NCBI GenBank assembly: GCA_041652815.1
Contig: JBAZGN010000003.1
Span: 129,530-193,529, forward strand
DNA length: 64,000 nucleotides
Direction of reading: 5' to 3'
Source: Candidatus Omnitrophota bacterium
GTDB lineage: Bacteria; Omnitrophota; Gorgyraeia; Duberdicusellales; 4484-171
In this document: positions 27,109 through 36,340 of the stretch, in pieces
Numbering within the stretch: position 1 is the first letter of the stretch
How the letters are laid out: every line of letters starts with the position of its first letter
Notes under the pieces: generated by a model
Databases searched by the model: none
Told to the model about the DNA's origin: nothing
What the model saw: the letters and a program-made list of their open reading frames with translations, nothing else
Position numbers and translations under genes: made by a program

Positions 27109-27645
27109 TTAATTAGCCTTAAGATAACGTAAAGGGTTATCGGCGAGGTGCTTTTTTCTTATCTCAAAATGCAAAATCCCTTCTTTGTCAGGTGTAAGCT
27201 GGGCAACATGCCCCACTGGCTCACCTTTTTTTACTAGAAATCCCTCTCTTATTTTTATATCATTCAAATTAGCATAAACAGTATAAAAATTATTTGCATG
27301 CTTAAGTATCACTGTTTTGCCCCATCCGGTTATATGGTCAGCAAATACTGCCTGTCCGGATTCGGAAGCAACAACAACATCCTGCGGCTTGGCCTTTATA
27401 TTTATCCCTTTGTTTGAAGTGTGATTTACATTAGTACCGAAATTATTAATAACTTCGCCCTGAAGGGGCCAAACGAAATTAAGGTACGTATTTCTTGTGC
27501 TGGAGTTAACCTGGTAATTTTTAGAAGGTGTAGAATATGAGCAGGGCTGGTTCGTTACGGTGGCTGGAGTACAGGAAACAAAAGCAAGTATTATGGATAA
27601 AAACAATAGTATATACATAACCACGGAATATATATGATACAGCAA
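27109..27645 (-). CDS. M23-family peptidoglycan metalloendopeptidase
   Basis: Motifs GINIKAKPQDVVVASESGQAVFADHITGWGKTVILKH. Signal peptide with TTG start. Confidence 0.75.
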   Translation of the reverse strand: MLYHIYSVVMYILLFLSIILAFVSCTPATVTNQPCSYSTPSKNYQVNSSTRNTYLNFVWPLQGEVINNFGTNVNHTSNKGINIKAKPQDVVVASESGQAVFADHITGWGKTVILKHANNFYTVYANLNDIKIREGFLVKKGEPVGHVAQLTPDKEGILHFEIRKKHLADNPLRYLKAN

Positions 27646-27685
27646 TTTATAATTAAATACAAGCAGATAAATTACTTATGCGCCA

Positions 27686-27757
27686 GGCATTAGAAGCGGG
27701 ATACGGGACTTGAACCCGTTTCTCCAGCTTGGGAAGCTGGCACTCTACCAGTTGAGC
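27686..27757 (-). tRNA. tRNA-Gly(CCC)
   Basis: Minus-strand sequence GCGGGATTAGCTCAACTGGTAGAGTGCCAGCTTCCCAAGCTGGAGAAACGGGTTCAAGTCCCGTATCCCGCT folds as a cloverleaf with anticodon loop TTCCCAA. Confidence 0.8.
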
Positions 27758-27799
27758 TAATCCCGCTGAAAATGTATCTATACAGGGTTATTCCTTGAT
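27754..27799. other. 11-bp-stem hairpin (ccgctgaaaat...attttcagcgg) overlapping the tRNA-Gly 5' end
   Basis: Perfect inverted repeat with a 24-nt loop between the thiC 3' end and the tRNA. Confidence 0.5.
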
Positions 27800-27848
27800 T
27801 TTCAGCGGCATCGAGGATACATATCCGAGATGCCTAAATGTCCTTGCT

Positions 27849-29102
27849 CTATTTCAGTAAATTACACTTCTCAATTATCTTTAAGGAACAGAAGTTACCG
27901 CACATAGTGCACATATCTTTAGCATGCGTCTTTAGGCTGTTACGCAATTGACGCGCCTTCTTTTCATCAAGAGCAAGTGGAAACATTTTTTCCCAATTCC
28001 TATACGCACGATACGTAGAAAGTTTACGATCTTTTTCCAGCTCATCTTTAAAACGCAGCAAATCAACACAATGAGCGGAAATCTTCGAGGCCATCACGCC
28101 ATCTCTTATATCCGAAACTAACGGCTGGCGCAGATGTTCTGCGGGGGTAACAACACATAAAAAATCTGCACCGAAAAAAGCTGCTATTGTTCCGCCTATA
28201 GCTGCGCTGATGTGGTCATATCCTGCTGCGATATCAGTAGGAAGCGGGCCTAAAACATAAAACGGCGCGCCCTTGCAAATTTTTTTCTGTAAAAGCATAT
28301 TAAAGGCTATTTCATCTAAACGAATGTGTCCCGGGCCCTCAACCATAACCTGCACACTTTTCTTCCGGCATTTTTTAACCAACTCGCCTAAAACCATCAA
28401 CTCGGAAATTTGCAAATCATCGCTTGAGTCGGCTATTGCTCCCGGCCTAAGCGCATCACCCAGGCTAAGTGTAATATTATACTCTTTGGCTAAATCCAGT
28501 ATTTTGTCAAAATTTTCATAAAAAGGGTTTTCTTTTTTATTAACATACATCCATCGCGTTAATATCGCCCCGCCCCTGCTTACTATTCCGCCAACGCGTT
28601 TTTTCTTGGCTATAGTTTTTAAAAATTCCCTGACAATTCCTACGTGTATGGTAAAGAAATCTACGCCATCCTCTGCCTGGGATTTTAAAACATCCCAAAT
28701 ATCATCAAATGTCATCGTTTCGAAACCGCGATGCCGGTTTTCTACCCCTACGGCAGCTTCATATATAGGAACCGTGCCAAGCGGTACAGGACAATTTTTT
28801 AATATTTGCCTGCGGATTTGCGCGAGATTACCTCCAGTGCTTAAATCCATAATTGTATCTGTCTTGCAATCTAAAGCAACTTTCAGCTTTTTTATTTCTT
28901 CGTTTACGTTGGACTTTTCCGTAGATGTCCCTATGTTGGTGTTAACTTTTACCTTAAAACCCTGCCCGATAGCCGGAGGAATTATATGTCTTTTTGAATT
29001 AACGGGAATAACAACTTTACCCTGCTGCAATTGCCTTTCAAGAAACTTAAAGCTGACGCTTTCATTTTGCGCTATTTTTTTCAAGAAACTTTTTTTAAAC
29101 AT
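27849..29102 (-). CDS. thiC: Phosphomethylpyrimidine synthase
   Basis: ThiC-specific blocks such as NTNIGTS, DLSTGG, GTVPIYEA, and C-terminal CTMCGNFCSLK. Confidence 0.9.
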   Translation of the reverse strand: MFKKSFLKKIAQNESVSFKFLERQLQQGKVVIPVNSKRHIIPPAIGQGFKVKVNTNIGTSTEKSNVNEEIKKLKVALDCKTDTIMDLSTGGNLAQIRRQILKNCPVPLGTVPIYEAAVGVENRHRGFETMTFDDIWDVLKSQAEDGVDFFTIHVGIVREFLKTIAKKKRVGGIVSRGGAILTRWMYVNKKENPFYENFDKILDLAKEYNITLSLGDALRPGAIADSSDDLQISELMVLGELVKKCRKKSVQVMVEGPGHIRLDEIAFNMLLQKKICKGAPFYVLGPLPTDIAAGYDHISAAIGGTIAAFFGADFLCVVTPAEHLRQPLVSDIRDGVMASKISAHCVDLLRFKDELEKDRKLSTYRAYRNWEKMFPLALDEKKARQLRNSLKTHAKDMCTMCGNFCSLKIIEKCNLLK

Positions 29103-29104
29103 TT

Positions 29105-29518
29105 TTAGCCTTCCTTATAAATGTAAATCTTTTTTTCAAGCGAATAAATATCATAACGTATTTTTTTAAGCAGCTTAACCTGCGATGGGGAGATTATTTT
29201 GAAAAACTCTTCCAGGACCCTTACAGATTCTTTTGCCCTCTGCAAATTAGCATAAAGAATATCGCGGCTTGTTTTTCTGTTTAGCTCTAAGGCATCTATT
29301 TTCCTTCCTAAATCATAAACGGAGTTACGCGACTTAACCGCTTCTTTGAATAATTTATTTTTAGTTATCTCATCCAATGAATGGCGTAGCGTTCTGGCTT
29401 TTTTTCGCAGTTTGTCATTATCGGACACAAACCTGAAGATATCCTCAATAACCCTTAAGGCTTCCTTGGAACGATTAAAGTTGGCATCCAATACGCGCAG
29501 TAAGCCCTTTTTATCCAT
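29105..29518 (-). CDS. Hypothetical protein co-operonic with thiC
   Basis: 137-aa helical protein (LRVLDANFNRSKEALRVIEDIFRF...) with no confident family assignment. Confidence 0.4.
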   Translation of the reverse strand: MDKKGLLRVLDANFNRSKEALRVIEDIFRFVSDNDKLRKKARTLRHSLDEITKNKLFKEAVKSRNSVYDLGRKIDALELNRKTSRDILYANLQRAKESVRVLEEFFKIISPSQVKLLKKIRYDIYSLEKKIYIYKEG

Positions 29519-29969
29519 TTTTAATTTTTTGTATTATGTCGGTTGTAGAATAGCCGGGGTAAAATTTTATGCGGAATATCTTCTTGACGAACTCCCTGCC
29601 GACGATTTTATTCTCCTTCCAATCTTCGCCTTTAACAAGATAATCCGGCCTCAACTCTTTTATAATTCTGTAAGGAGTGTCTTCATTGAAGATAACAATA
29701 AAATCCACCAATCCTATCGCCTCAAGCACCTTGCTTCTTGCATTCTCATCCATTACCGGCCGGTTCGTCCCCTTTATTCTTCTAATCGAAGAATCTGAAT
29801 TAAGCCCAACAATAAGAATGTCACCTTTGCTTTTTGAATCTTTCAGTATTTTTATATGGCCGGGATGGATAATATCGAAGCAGCCGTTGGTGAAAACTAT
29901 ACGTTTATTTTTTTTCTTTAAATTATTAACTATTTTTTTTAATACCGATAAAGTTTTTACTTTGCTCAT
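29511..29969 (-). CDS. D-glycero-beta-D-manno-heptose 1-phosphate adenylyltransferase (RfaE/HldE domain II)
   Basis: Motifs VFTNGCFDIIHPGHIKIL...LIVGLNSD are cytidylyltransferase-like. Start taken at the internal ATG MSKVKTLS. Confidence 0.75.
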   Translation of the reverse strand: MSKVKTLSVLKKIVNNLKKKNKRIVFTNGCFDIIHPGHIKILKDSKSKGDILIVGLNSDSSIRRIKGTNRPVMDENARSKVLEAIGLVDFIVIFNEDTPYRIIKELRPDYLVKGEDWKENKIVGREFVKKIFRIKFYPGYSTTDIIQKIKNG

Positions 29970-29974
29970 AGTTA

Positions 29975-30050
29975 AGTAATTTATTGATGCTAGATTCCAG
30001 ATACTCGATGCTCGTAAAAAATAAAACAACAAGTATCAAGCATCTAGCAT
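29975..30050. other. About 75-bp imperfect palindrome in the hldE 5' region
   Basis: ttgatgctagat at one end pairs with atctagcatcaa at the other. Confidence 0.4.
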
Positions 30051-30087
30051 CAAGGATCTAAACTGCTTCGACCTGTCGTCTATCTTA

Positions 30088-30654
30088 CTAACGTGAGAGT
30101 TCTTCTTCAACAATTTCGCAGATTATATGCCCTGCCAGAATGTGCATCTCCTGGATACGCGGAGTGTCTTCAGTAGGAATTAACAGGGAAATATCTACAA
30201 GACCTTTTAGTTTGCCGCCGGATTTACCCAAGAAGCCTACAGTTTTTAAACCAAGCTGTTTTGCGCGCGCAACACCCTTAATCACGTTCTGCGATTCTCC
30301 AGAAGTAGAAATTGCAACTATTACATCCCCTGTTTTTGCAAGGGCTTCCACCTGCCGGCTGAATATTTCATCAAACCCATAGTCGTTGCCTATTGCGGTA
30401 ATTATGCAGATGTTGCTGGAAAGGGATATTGCGGCATACGCTTTTCTATTTTTTTTGAAACGGCCGACGAGTTCGGCAGCAAGGTGCTCGGCGTCTGCCG
30501 CGCTTCCGCCGTTACCCATAAAAATAATTTTTCCGTTGTTTCGTAAGCTGGAGGCGAAAAGCTTTGATATTTCCTTTATTTTTTCCTGGCTGCCTTCAAG
30601 CTGCTTAAACGCCTGCAAATGACTTGCCAGAGAATTTTTGATTACTGTTTCCAT
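30088..30654 (-). CDS. gmhA: D-sedoheptulose 7-phosphate isomerase (SIS domain)
   Basis: Motifs GKIIFMGNGGSAADAEHLAAELVGRF. Confidence 0.85.
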   Translation of the reverse strand: METVIKNSLASHLQAFKQLEGSQEKIKEISKLFASSLRNNGKIIFMGNGGSAADAEHLAAELVGRFKKNRKAYAAISLSSNICIITAIGNDYGFDEIFSRQVEALAKTGDVIVAISTSGESQNVIKGVARAKQLGLKTVGFLGKSGGKLKGLVDISLLIPTEDTPRIQEMHILAGHIICEIVEEELSR

Positions 30655-30674
30655 ATTATTAGAATTTATTTTTA

Positions 30675-31700
30675 TCAGCCAAAGAATATTTTGGCAATAT
30701 TGTAAAGTTTAAGATCAAGCGTTTTTAACGCTTTGGTTGCTTCCTCAAGCGGCACATCGACAATATCATTTCCCTTAAGGCTTACCATTCTGCCAAATTT
30801 TTTGGTTTTAACCAATTCATAAGCCTTAACGCCGAATCTGGTGCCCAAAACTCTGTCAAAAGCAGTTGGCGATCCACCCCTTTGGATATGGCCTAAAACC
30901 GTAACTCTGGTTTCATAACCGGTTTTCTCTTCAATAAGCTTGCCTAAACTATCTCCTATTCCGCCCAGGCGCACATGGCCGAATTCATCTAATTTTTGCT
31001 CTTGCAGTAAAAGATCTTTATTTTTAAAAGCTGCGCCCTCAGAAACAACTATGATACTGAAATTTTTTCCTCTTTCGTGGCGTTTTTTTATCGAAGCACA
31101 AAGCTCATCCATATCAATGGGGATTTCCGGAACCAGTATATAATCTGCCCCTCCGGCAATTCCGGAATAAGCTGCAATCCAGCCGGCATGCCTGCCCATA
31201 ACCTCAACTACCATTACCCTATTATGAGACTCTGCGGTTGTGTGCAGCCTGTCAATACACTCCATAACAATATTTACTGCCGTATCAAAACCGAAAGTAA
31301 AATCAGTGGCATTCAAATCATTATCGATTGTCTTAGGTACCCCTACTGTTTTTAATCCATCTTTAAAAAGTTTTGTTGCAACACCCAGAGTATCTTCTCC
31401 ACCTACAGCTATTAATGCATCCAAACCTAATTCCTTAAAATTTTTCTTTGCTGTCTCAACCCCGTTTTCTTTTTTATAAGGATTAGTGCGGGAAGTGCCG
31501 AGGATTGTGCCGCCTTTTGGAAGTATGCCTGAAACAGACCGTAAATCAAGCGGCATGCAATCTTTTTCCAACAAACCTTTCCAGCCGTATTTTATTCCTA
31601 CGACCTCACAAGAATCATTTATAGCAGCCCTGACTACTGCGCGGATTACAGGATTTAAGCCAGGACAATCTCCTCCTCCAGTAAGAATACCAATTCGCAT
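30675..31700 (-). CDS. 6-phosphofructokinase, PfkA family (possibly PPi-dependent)
   Basis: Start taken at MRIGILTGGGDCPGLN, with RBS AAGGAGG; the ORF-track TTG start lies inside that RBS. Co-occurrence with ppdK suggests PPi dependence, which is inference. Confidence 0.85.
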   Translation of the reverse strand: MRIGILTGGGDCPGLNPVIRAVVRAAINDSCEVVGIKYGWKGLLEKDCMPLDLRSVSGILPKGGTILGTSRTNPYKKENGVETAKKNFKELGLDALIAVGGEDTLGVATKLFKDGLKTVGVPKTIDNDLNATDFTFGFDTAVNIVMECIDRLHTTAESHNRVMVVEVMGRHAGWIAAYSGIAGGADYILVPEIPIDMDELCASIKKRHERGKNFSIIVVSEGAAFKNKDLLLQEQKLDEFGHVRLGGIGDSLGKLIEEKTGYETRVTVLGHIQRGGSPTAFDRVLGTRFGVKAYELVKTKKFGRMVSLKGNDIVDVPLEEATKALKTLDLKLYNIAKIFFG

Positions 31701-31727
31701 GTCAACCTCCTTCAAACGCTAATTTAC

Positions 31728-31875
31728 GCCAATCAAACGCCAATGGCCGCGAATAATTTTACTCGCATTTATCCAAAACCGAATAAAAATTCCGGTTCTT
31801 AGATTGTTTCCCATTCGCGTAAATTCGCGTTTATACCCAAAACATTATCAAGGTATAAATTCGCGAATATTCGCG
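31728..31875. promoter_or_regulatory. Operator-like array of 10-bp-phased heptamers: CGCCAAT/CGCGAAT x3 (31728-31754), ATTCGCG x2 (31813-31829), ATTCGCG x2 including the 14-bp palindrome CGCGAATATTCGCG (31859-31875)
   Basis: Exact 10-bp spacing within each cluster. A near-identical architecture occurs at 46700-46812. Confidence 0.55.
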
Positions 31876-31878
31876 TTG

Positions 31879-32451
31879 TTAATAATATCTGTAAGGCACT
31901 TCGGGCTCTTCTGCTTCGACTATTTTTTTCTTGCCCTTAAAAATCATTTTCTTTATTTCTATTTTTACTTTTATATCCTTTTCCTCGCCTAAAAGATTCA
32001 AAAGTTTTTCCCTGACTTTTTCCTGAACTTCTTTTGTAAACGATGCGAAGTTAACCTCTGAATTTAAATTTCCTTTTATTATAACGTTGATGCCACGTTT
32101 ACGGGCGCAAACTTTCGGCCGTACATGAGAAAAACCTTTTTCGGTTTCGAGCATGTTTTTAAGCATGTCCTCTATGGCAAAAAGCGTTATGCTTACCTTT
32201 CCGTAATTAGATTCAGAAATTATTGCGCGTTCTCTGCGATAAATAACGTGCTGAATATAACGGATACAGAAAAGAATAATTAATGCTCCGCCCAGGCCAA
32301 AAGCGAAACGTAAAAAAATATTAGAAAGCAGTTCTTTTTCGATATAGAACACAATATCTGTAAGTTCAATCCAATTCGCCGCTGAACCTATCAAAACAAA
32401 TCCTAAAAAGAATGAAATAAAAATATAGACGAGCACTGCAATGAAACCCAT
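31879..32451 (-). CDS. amaP: Alkaline shock response membrane anchor protein AmaP
   Basis: N-terminal TM plus an AmaP-like architecture directly downstream of the Asp23 gene. Confidence 0.6.
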   Translation of the reverse strand: MGFIAVLVYIFISFFLGFVLIGSAANWIELTDIVFYIEKELLSNIFLRFAFGLGGALIILFCIRYIQHVIYRRERAIISESNYGKVSITLFAIEDMLKNMLETEKGFSHVRPKVCARKRGINVIIKGNLNSEVNFASFTKEVQEKVREKLLNLLGEEKDIKVKIEIKKMIFKGKKKIVEAEEPEVPYRYY

Positions 32452-32454
32452 TTT

Positions 32455-32796
32455 TTACCCCCTTTCTACCTTTTTGACTTTTATATCAACGCTCAGAGAG
32501 TCTATGTTAAGGCCGTTTAACATTTGCGTGATAACTTTTTTTTGTATTTCATAAGCTACGTCAACTATGTTTTCTTCCCAGGAAATCACAACAGGTATTA
32601 CTATTCTCATGTCGTTATCAAATATAATCCTGGTGCCTGCCCAATCGAAGAATTTAAGCAGCCTTTTGAACCTGTAACATTCCCAACCAACCGCCTTTAC
32701 TCCTTTTATATTCTTCGCAGCTGCTTCTGCCAGTTGCCTTATTGCTCTTTTATGTATCTTTATCTGGCCGTATTCCGAGCTTATGTTTCTGTTCAC
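32455..32796 (-). CDS. Asp23/Gls24-family envelope stress protein
   Basis: Asp23 family pattern (...AVGWECY... VDVAYEIQKKV...). Confidence 0.65.
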   Translation of the reverse strand: MNRNISSEYGQIKIHKRAIRQLAEAAAKNIKGVKAVGWECYRFKRLLKFFDWAGTRIIFDNDMRIVIPVVISWEENIVDVAYEIQKKVITQMLNGLNIDSLSVDIKVKKVERG

Positions 32797-34145
32797 TCTT
32801 CCTCCTTACCTATGAATTTCTGCAGAAAGCCGGTATTATATTTTCCCCTTTGAAAATCAGGATCGGTTATTACTTCTTTACAAAATCCGGTTGTTGTCTT
32901 AATCGGCTCGATAAGAAACTCATCTAAAACCCTTTCCATTTTTTTCAATGCTTCCTGCCGGGTTTGCCCTTTTGTTATTGCCTTCGCTATCAAGGAATCA
33001 TAATACTGCGGTATTTTATAGCCGCTGTAGATATGCGTGTCTATTCTCACATCTTTTCCTCCCGGAATATAACAAAAATTTATGGTGCCGGGGCAAGGCA
33101 TAAAACCGTTCTCCGGGTCTTCTGCGTTAATGCGGCATTCAATAGCTGCACCCTTCATATGTATTTCATCTTGTTTTATGTTAAGCTTTTGTCCGGCTGC
33201 AATTGCAATTTGCAGTTTAACAAGGTCTATGCCGGTAATTTCTTCGGTTATTGGATGCTCAACCTGTATTCTTGTATTCATCTCCATGAAATAAAAATGG
33301 CCTTTTTCATCGAGAAGAAACTCTACAGTTCCCACACTCCTGTAATTCATAAGCTTAATGCCTTTTATACACATTTCACCAAGTTTCCGTCTCAAGCGCT
33401 GGTCTACTACAGGAGATGGGGTTTCTTCTATGATTTTTTGATGCCGGCGCTGAATGCTGCAATCCCTTTCCCCGAGATATATCGCATTACTAAAATTATC
33501 AGCGGCAATCTGTACTTCTATATGACGGGGATTTTCGATAAATTTTTCCATGTATATTTCGGAATCACCAAAAGCAGCCTTTGCTTCTGACTGGGCAGTT
33601 AAAAGTGCTCCAACCAGCCGGACATCACTGTGGCATACCCGCATACCTTTTCCTCCACCGCCGGCTTTTGCTTTAAGAATAACCGGATAGCCCATTTTTT
33701 TAGCAGTAGCAAGCGCATCGTCTTTTGTCTTTAGGGCGCCTTTACTTCCCGGTATGAGCGGCAGGTTTGCTTTATGCATAGTTTCCTTGGCCCTTAGCTT
33801 ATCACCCATAAGCCTTATATTCTCAGCAGAAGGGCCGATGAATTTTATGCCGCACGATTCGCATACCTCTGCGAAGTAAGGATTTTCCGCTAAAAAACCA
33901 TAACCCGGATGTATGGCATCACTATCGGTTATTTCTGCGGCACTGATTATGCTTGAAATGTTAAGGTAGCTTTCTGAGGAAGCTGCTTTGCCTATACAAA
34001 TTGCCTCATCGGCAAATTCCAAATGCAGGGAATTTTTGTCTGCCTCTGAATAAACCGCAACAGTCTTAATGCCCATCTCTCGGCAGGCCCTCATCACTCT
34101 TATTGCGATTTCCCCTCTATTGGCAATTAAAATTTTGGAAAACAT
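32793..34145 (-). CDS. accC: Acetyl-CoA carboxylase biotin carboxylase subunit
   Basis: ATP-grasp biotin carboxylase motifs throughout (MFSKILIANRGEIAIRV...). Confidence 0.92.
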   Translation of the reverse strand: MFSKILIANRGEIAIRVMRACREMGIKTVAVYSEADKNSLHLEFADEAICIGKAASSESYLNISSIISAAEITDSDAIHPGYGFLAENPYFAEVCESCGIKFIGPSAENIRLMGDKLRAKETMHKANLPLIPGSKGALKTKDDALATAKKMGYPVILKAKAGGGGKGMRVCHSDVRLVGALLTAQSEAKAAFGDSEIYMEKFIENPRHIEVQIAADNFSNAIYLGERDCSIQRRHQKIIEETPSPVVDQRLRRKLGEMCIKGIKLMNYRSVGTVEFLLDEKGHFYFMEMNTRIQVEHPITEEITGIDLVKLQIAIAAGQKLNIKQDEIHMKGAAIECRINAEDPENGFMPCPGTINFCYIPGGKDVRIDTHIYSGYKIPQYYDSLIAKAITKGQTRQEALKKMERVLDEFLIEPIKTTTGFCKEVITDPDFQRGKYNTGFLQKFIGKEEE

Positions 34146-34245
34146 TGAACCTCACTTCGTTCGGTTAGAGTACAGAAACCAGTAACCAGAAACTAGAACA
34201 GGAAAACATCTGGTTTCTGTGCTTTGGTTTCTGGTTTCAAATATA
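34146..34245 (-). repeat. Repeated leader element: twin CAGAAACCAG inverted repeats plus conserved box TCTAACCGAACGAAGTGAGGT abutting the accC start
   Basis: Same element family as 50070-50169 (rpsM leader). The SD-proximal box also occurs at 57053-57080 (rplX leader). Confidence 0.6.
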
Positions 34246-34246
34246 A

Positions 34247-34666
34247 TCATGCCGGCTCCAATACAAATAATGTTTGGCCGAATTCTACAGGTTGGCCGTT
34301 CTCAACTAAAACTTCAGTAACCTTTCCGCCTATCTCTGCTTTTATCTCATTCATAAGCTTCATTGCTTCTATAATACACACTACATCTCCCGATTTTATT
34401 ACATCGCCTATTTCAACGTAAGGCTTGGCCCCCGGAGACGGCGCGCGGTAGAAGGTACCAACCATTGGAGACTTTATTTCGATTGATCCTTCTCTTTTGG
34501 CGGGTTTTTCTTCTTTAACCGGTTGAGCTGCATGAGAAACAATAACCGGCTGGTTTTCCGAAAACTTTTTAAGCCTTATCTTCTTGCCTTCTTCTTCAAT
34601 CTCAAGCTCACACAGGCTGTTCTCATTCATAAAATTAATAAATTCTTTTAATTTTTCAAATTCCAT
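34247..34666 (-). CDS. accB: Acetyl-CoA carboxylase biotin carboxyl carrier protein
   Basis: Biotinyl-lysine motif EAMKLMNEI. Confidence 0.9.
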   Translation of the reverse strand: MEFEKLKEFINFMNENSLCELEIEEEGKKIRLKKFSENQPVIVSHAAQPVKEEKPAKREGSIEIKSPMVGTFYRAPSPGAKPYVEIGDVIKSGDVVCIIEAMKLMNEIKAEIGGKVTEVLVENGQPVEFGQTLFVLEPA

Positions 34667-34730
34667 AACTCCTCCTGTTAAAGGATTTTGTTAATGTTAA
34701 ATCTATATTTATGATAAACATAAAATTATT

Positions 34731-35291
34731 TCAAACTCTGCTTAAATACTGTTTATCCTGGATATCTATTTTAACCAAATCTCCGACACCAATAAAAAGC
34801 GGGACTTGAACAGTGGCTCCGGTTTCAATCTTTGCCGGCTTTGTGCCTGATTTTACGCTATCGCCCTTAAAGCCCGGCTCTGTTTCAATAATTTTATACA
34901 CTACCGTAACCGGCATCTTTAAATTTACAAATTCATTATTATAAAAAAGCCCGGTAATTTCCAGATTTTCTTTTAACCATATTGCCTTATCTTCTATTGC
35001 CGATTTATTACAAATCAGCTCTTCGTAAGTTTCTAAGTCCATAAAATGATAATTATTTGCGTCATTATACAGATACTGTAGTTTTCTTTCTTCTATCTCT
35101 GCCTCTCTGACATTATCAGAGTCACGCAGAGTACAATCTAAAATCTGAGAACTTCTTAAATCCTTAAGTTTTACCTTGCAAAAAGCCGGCCCCCTTGCTA
35201 ATTTTACATGGTTACATTCAAGCACAGTATATGGTTTGTCGTCATAAATGATAACCATAGAAGGACGTATGCTACCTACAGAAATTCCCAC
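34731..35291 (-). CDS. efp: Elongation factor P
   Basis: EF-P fold pattern. Modification-loop region reads HVKLARGPAF (Arg at the position of E. coli Lys34). Confidence 0.88.
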   Translation of the reverse strand: MGISVGSIRPSMVIIYDDKPYTVLECNHVKLARGPAFCKVKLKDLRSSQILDCTLRDSDNVREAEIEERKLQYLYNDANNYHFMDLETYEELICNKSAIEDKAIWLKENLEITGLFYNNEFVNLKMPVTVVYKIIETEPGFKGDSVKSGTKPAKIETGATVQVPLFIGVGDLVKIDIQDKQYLSRV

Positions 35292-36333
35292 TTAAAACTT
35301 CTCCTTTATTTTTGCCGACTAAAACCATATCTTCTATGCGTATGCCAAACTTTCCATCTAGATATATTGCAGGTTCAATCGTAACAACCATTCCCTCCTC
35401 TAAGATTTCGCCGCTCCTTGGGCCTATAAACGGAATTTCGTGGACTTCTCGCCCTACACCATGGCCTACACCATGGCCGAAAAATTTTCCGTAGCCTTTT
35501 TTTTCGATAAAAGAACGGGCAGCCAAGTCTACTTCTTTGACCGCAACGCCGTCTCTTATTTTTTTTATGCTTAAATCCTGCGCCTTCCTAACAATATCGT
35601 AAATTCTCTTAAAGAAAGGGGTTATTTTACCCCAGGTAAACACCCTTGTCAAGTCAGCGCAATATTCATAATACTTTGCGCCCAAATCAATTAGGAAAAA
35701 ATTTTCGGTAAGTTTCTTGTCTTTGCTGGGTATGTGGTGAGGTATCGCGCTGTTTGCGCCATAGGCAACCACTGCAGGAAATGCCACAGAACCAGAACCA
35801 CGGATACGCAAGAATTTTTCTATCTCTATATTAAGCTGTTTCTCCGTCATTGTCCTGTCGCGTATTTCCGTGCTAAAATCAAAAGCATCTTTGCTTATCT
35901 CGGTTGCTTTCTTAATTAGAGATATCTCCTGCGGCTCTTTAATAGCCCTTATTTTTTCGACAAAATCTATTGTTTCGCATAATTCTACCCTGCAGCCTAA
36001 AAGATATTGTTTTATCTTTGAATATTCCAGGTAAGGAATATTTTTAGCTTCAAAACCTACACGGTGAAAATTATGGCTTTTAATCGTATCTGACAATTGC
36101 TTAAAAATATTACCCTTGGCAATAACCACCTTCCAGATACCCAGCGCTTTGGCTTCATATTCATAGATAAAATTAGTAAAATATATAAGTTCATTTTCCC
36201 GGGTAACAAGCAAATACCCATCTGCGTCACGAAAGTCAGAAAGATAGCTCGTATTTACCGGGTTAGAAAGCACAATCGCATCTAAACCCAAGGCTTTTAA
36301 TTGGGCCACACATTTTTTAATGCGGCTTTTCAT
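35272..36333 (-). CDS. pepP: Xaa-Pro aminopeptidase (M24B)
   Basis: M24 metal ligands in a creatinase/prolidase-fold C-terminus (HGVGHGVG...). Start at the internal ATG MKSRIKK. Confidence 0.8.
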   Translation of the reverse strand: MKSRIKKCVAQLKALGLDAIVLSNPVNTSYLSDFRDADGYLLVTRENELIYFTNFIYEYEAKALGIWKVVIAKGNIFKQLSDTIKSHNFHRVGFEAKNIPYLEYSKIKQYLLGCRVELCETIDFVEKIRAIKEPQEISLIKKATEISKDAFDFSTEIRDRTMTEKQLNIEIEKFLRIRGSGSVAFPAVVAYGANSAIPHHIPSKDKKLTENFFLIDLGAKYYEYCADLTRVFTWGKITPFFKRIYDIVRKAQDLSIKKIRDGVAVKEVDLAARSFIEKKGYGKFFGHGVGHGVGREVHEIPFIGPRSGEILEEGMVVTIEPAIYLDGKFGIRIEDMVLVGKNKGEVLSGNFCR

Positions 36334-36340
36334 TAATTTA

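Noticed and set aside
27849-30090. TPP (THI-box) riboswitch upstream of thiC or its operon
   Set aside because: thiC directly abuts the upstream gene. The only sizeable upstream spacer (29975-30087) is a palindrome without the conserved CUGAGA/ACCUGAUCUGGAUAAUGCCAGC THI-box elements.
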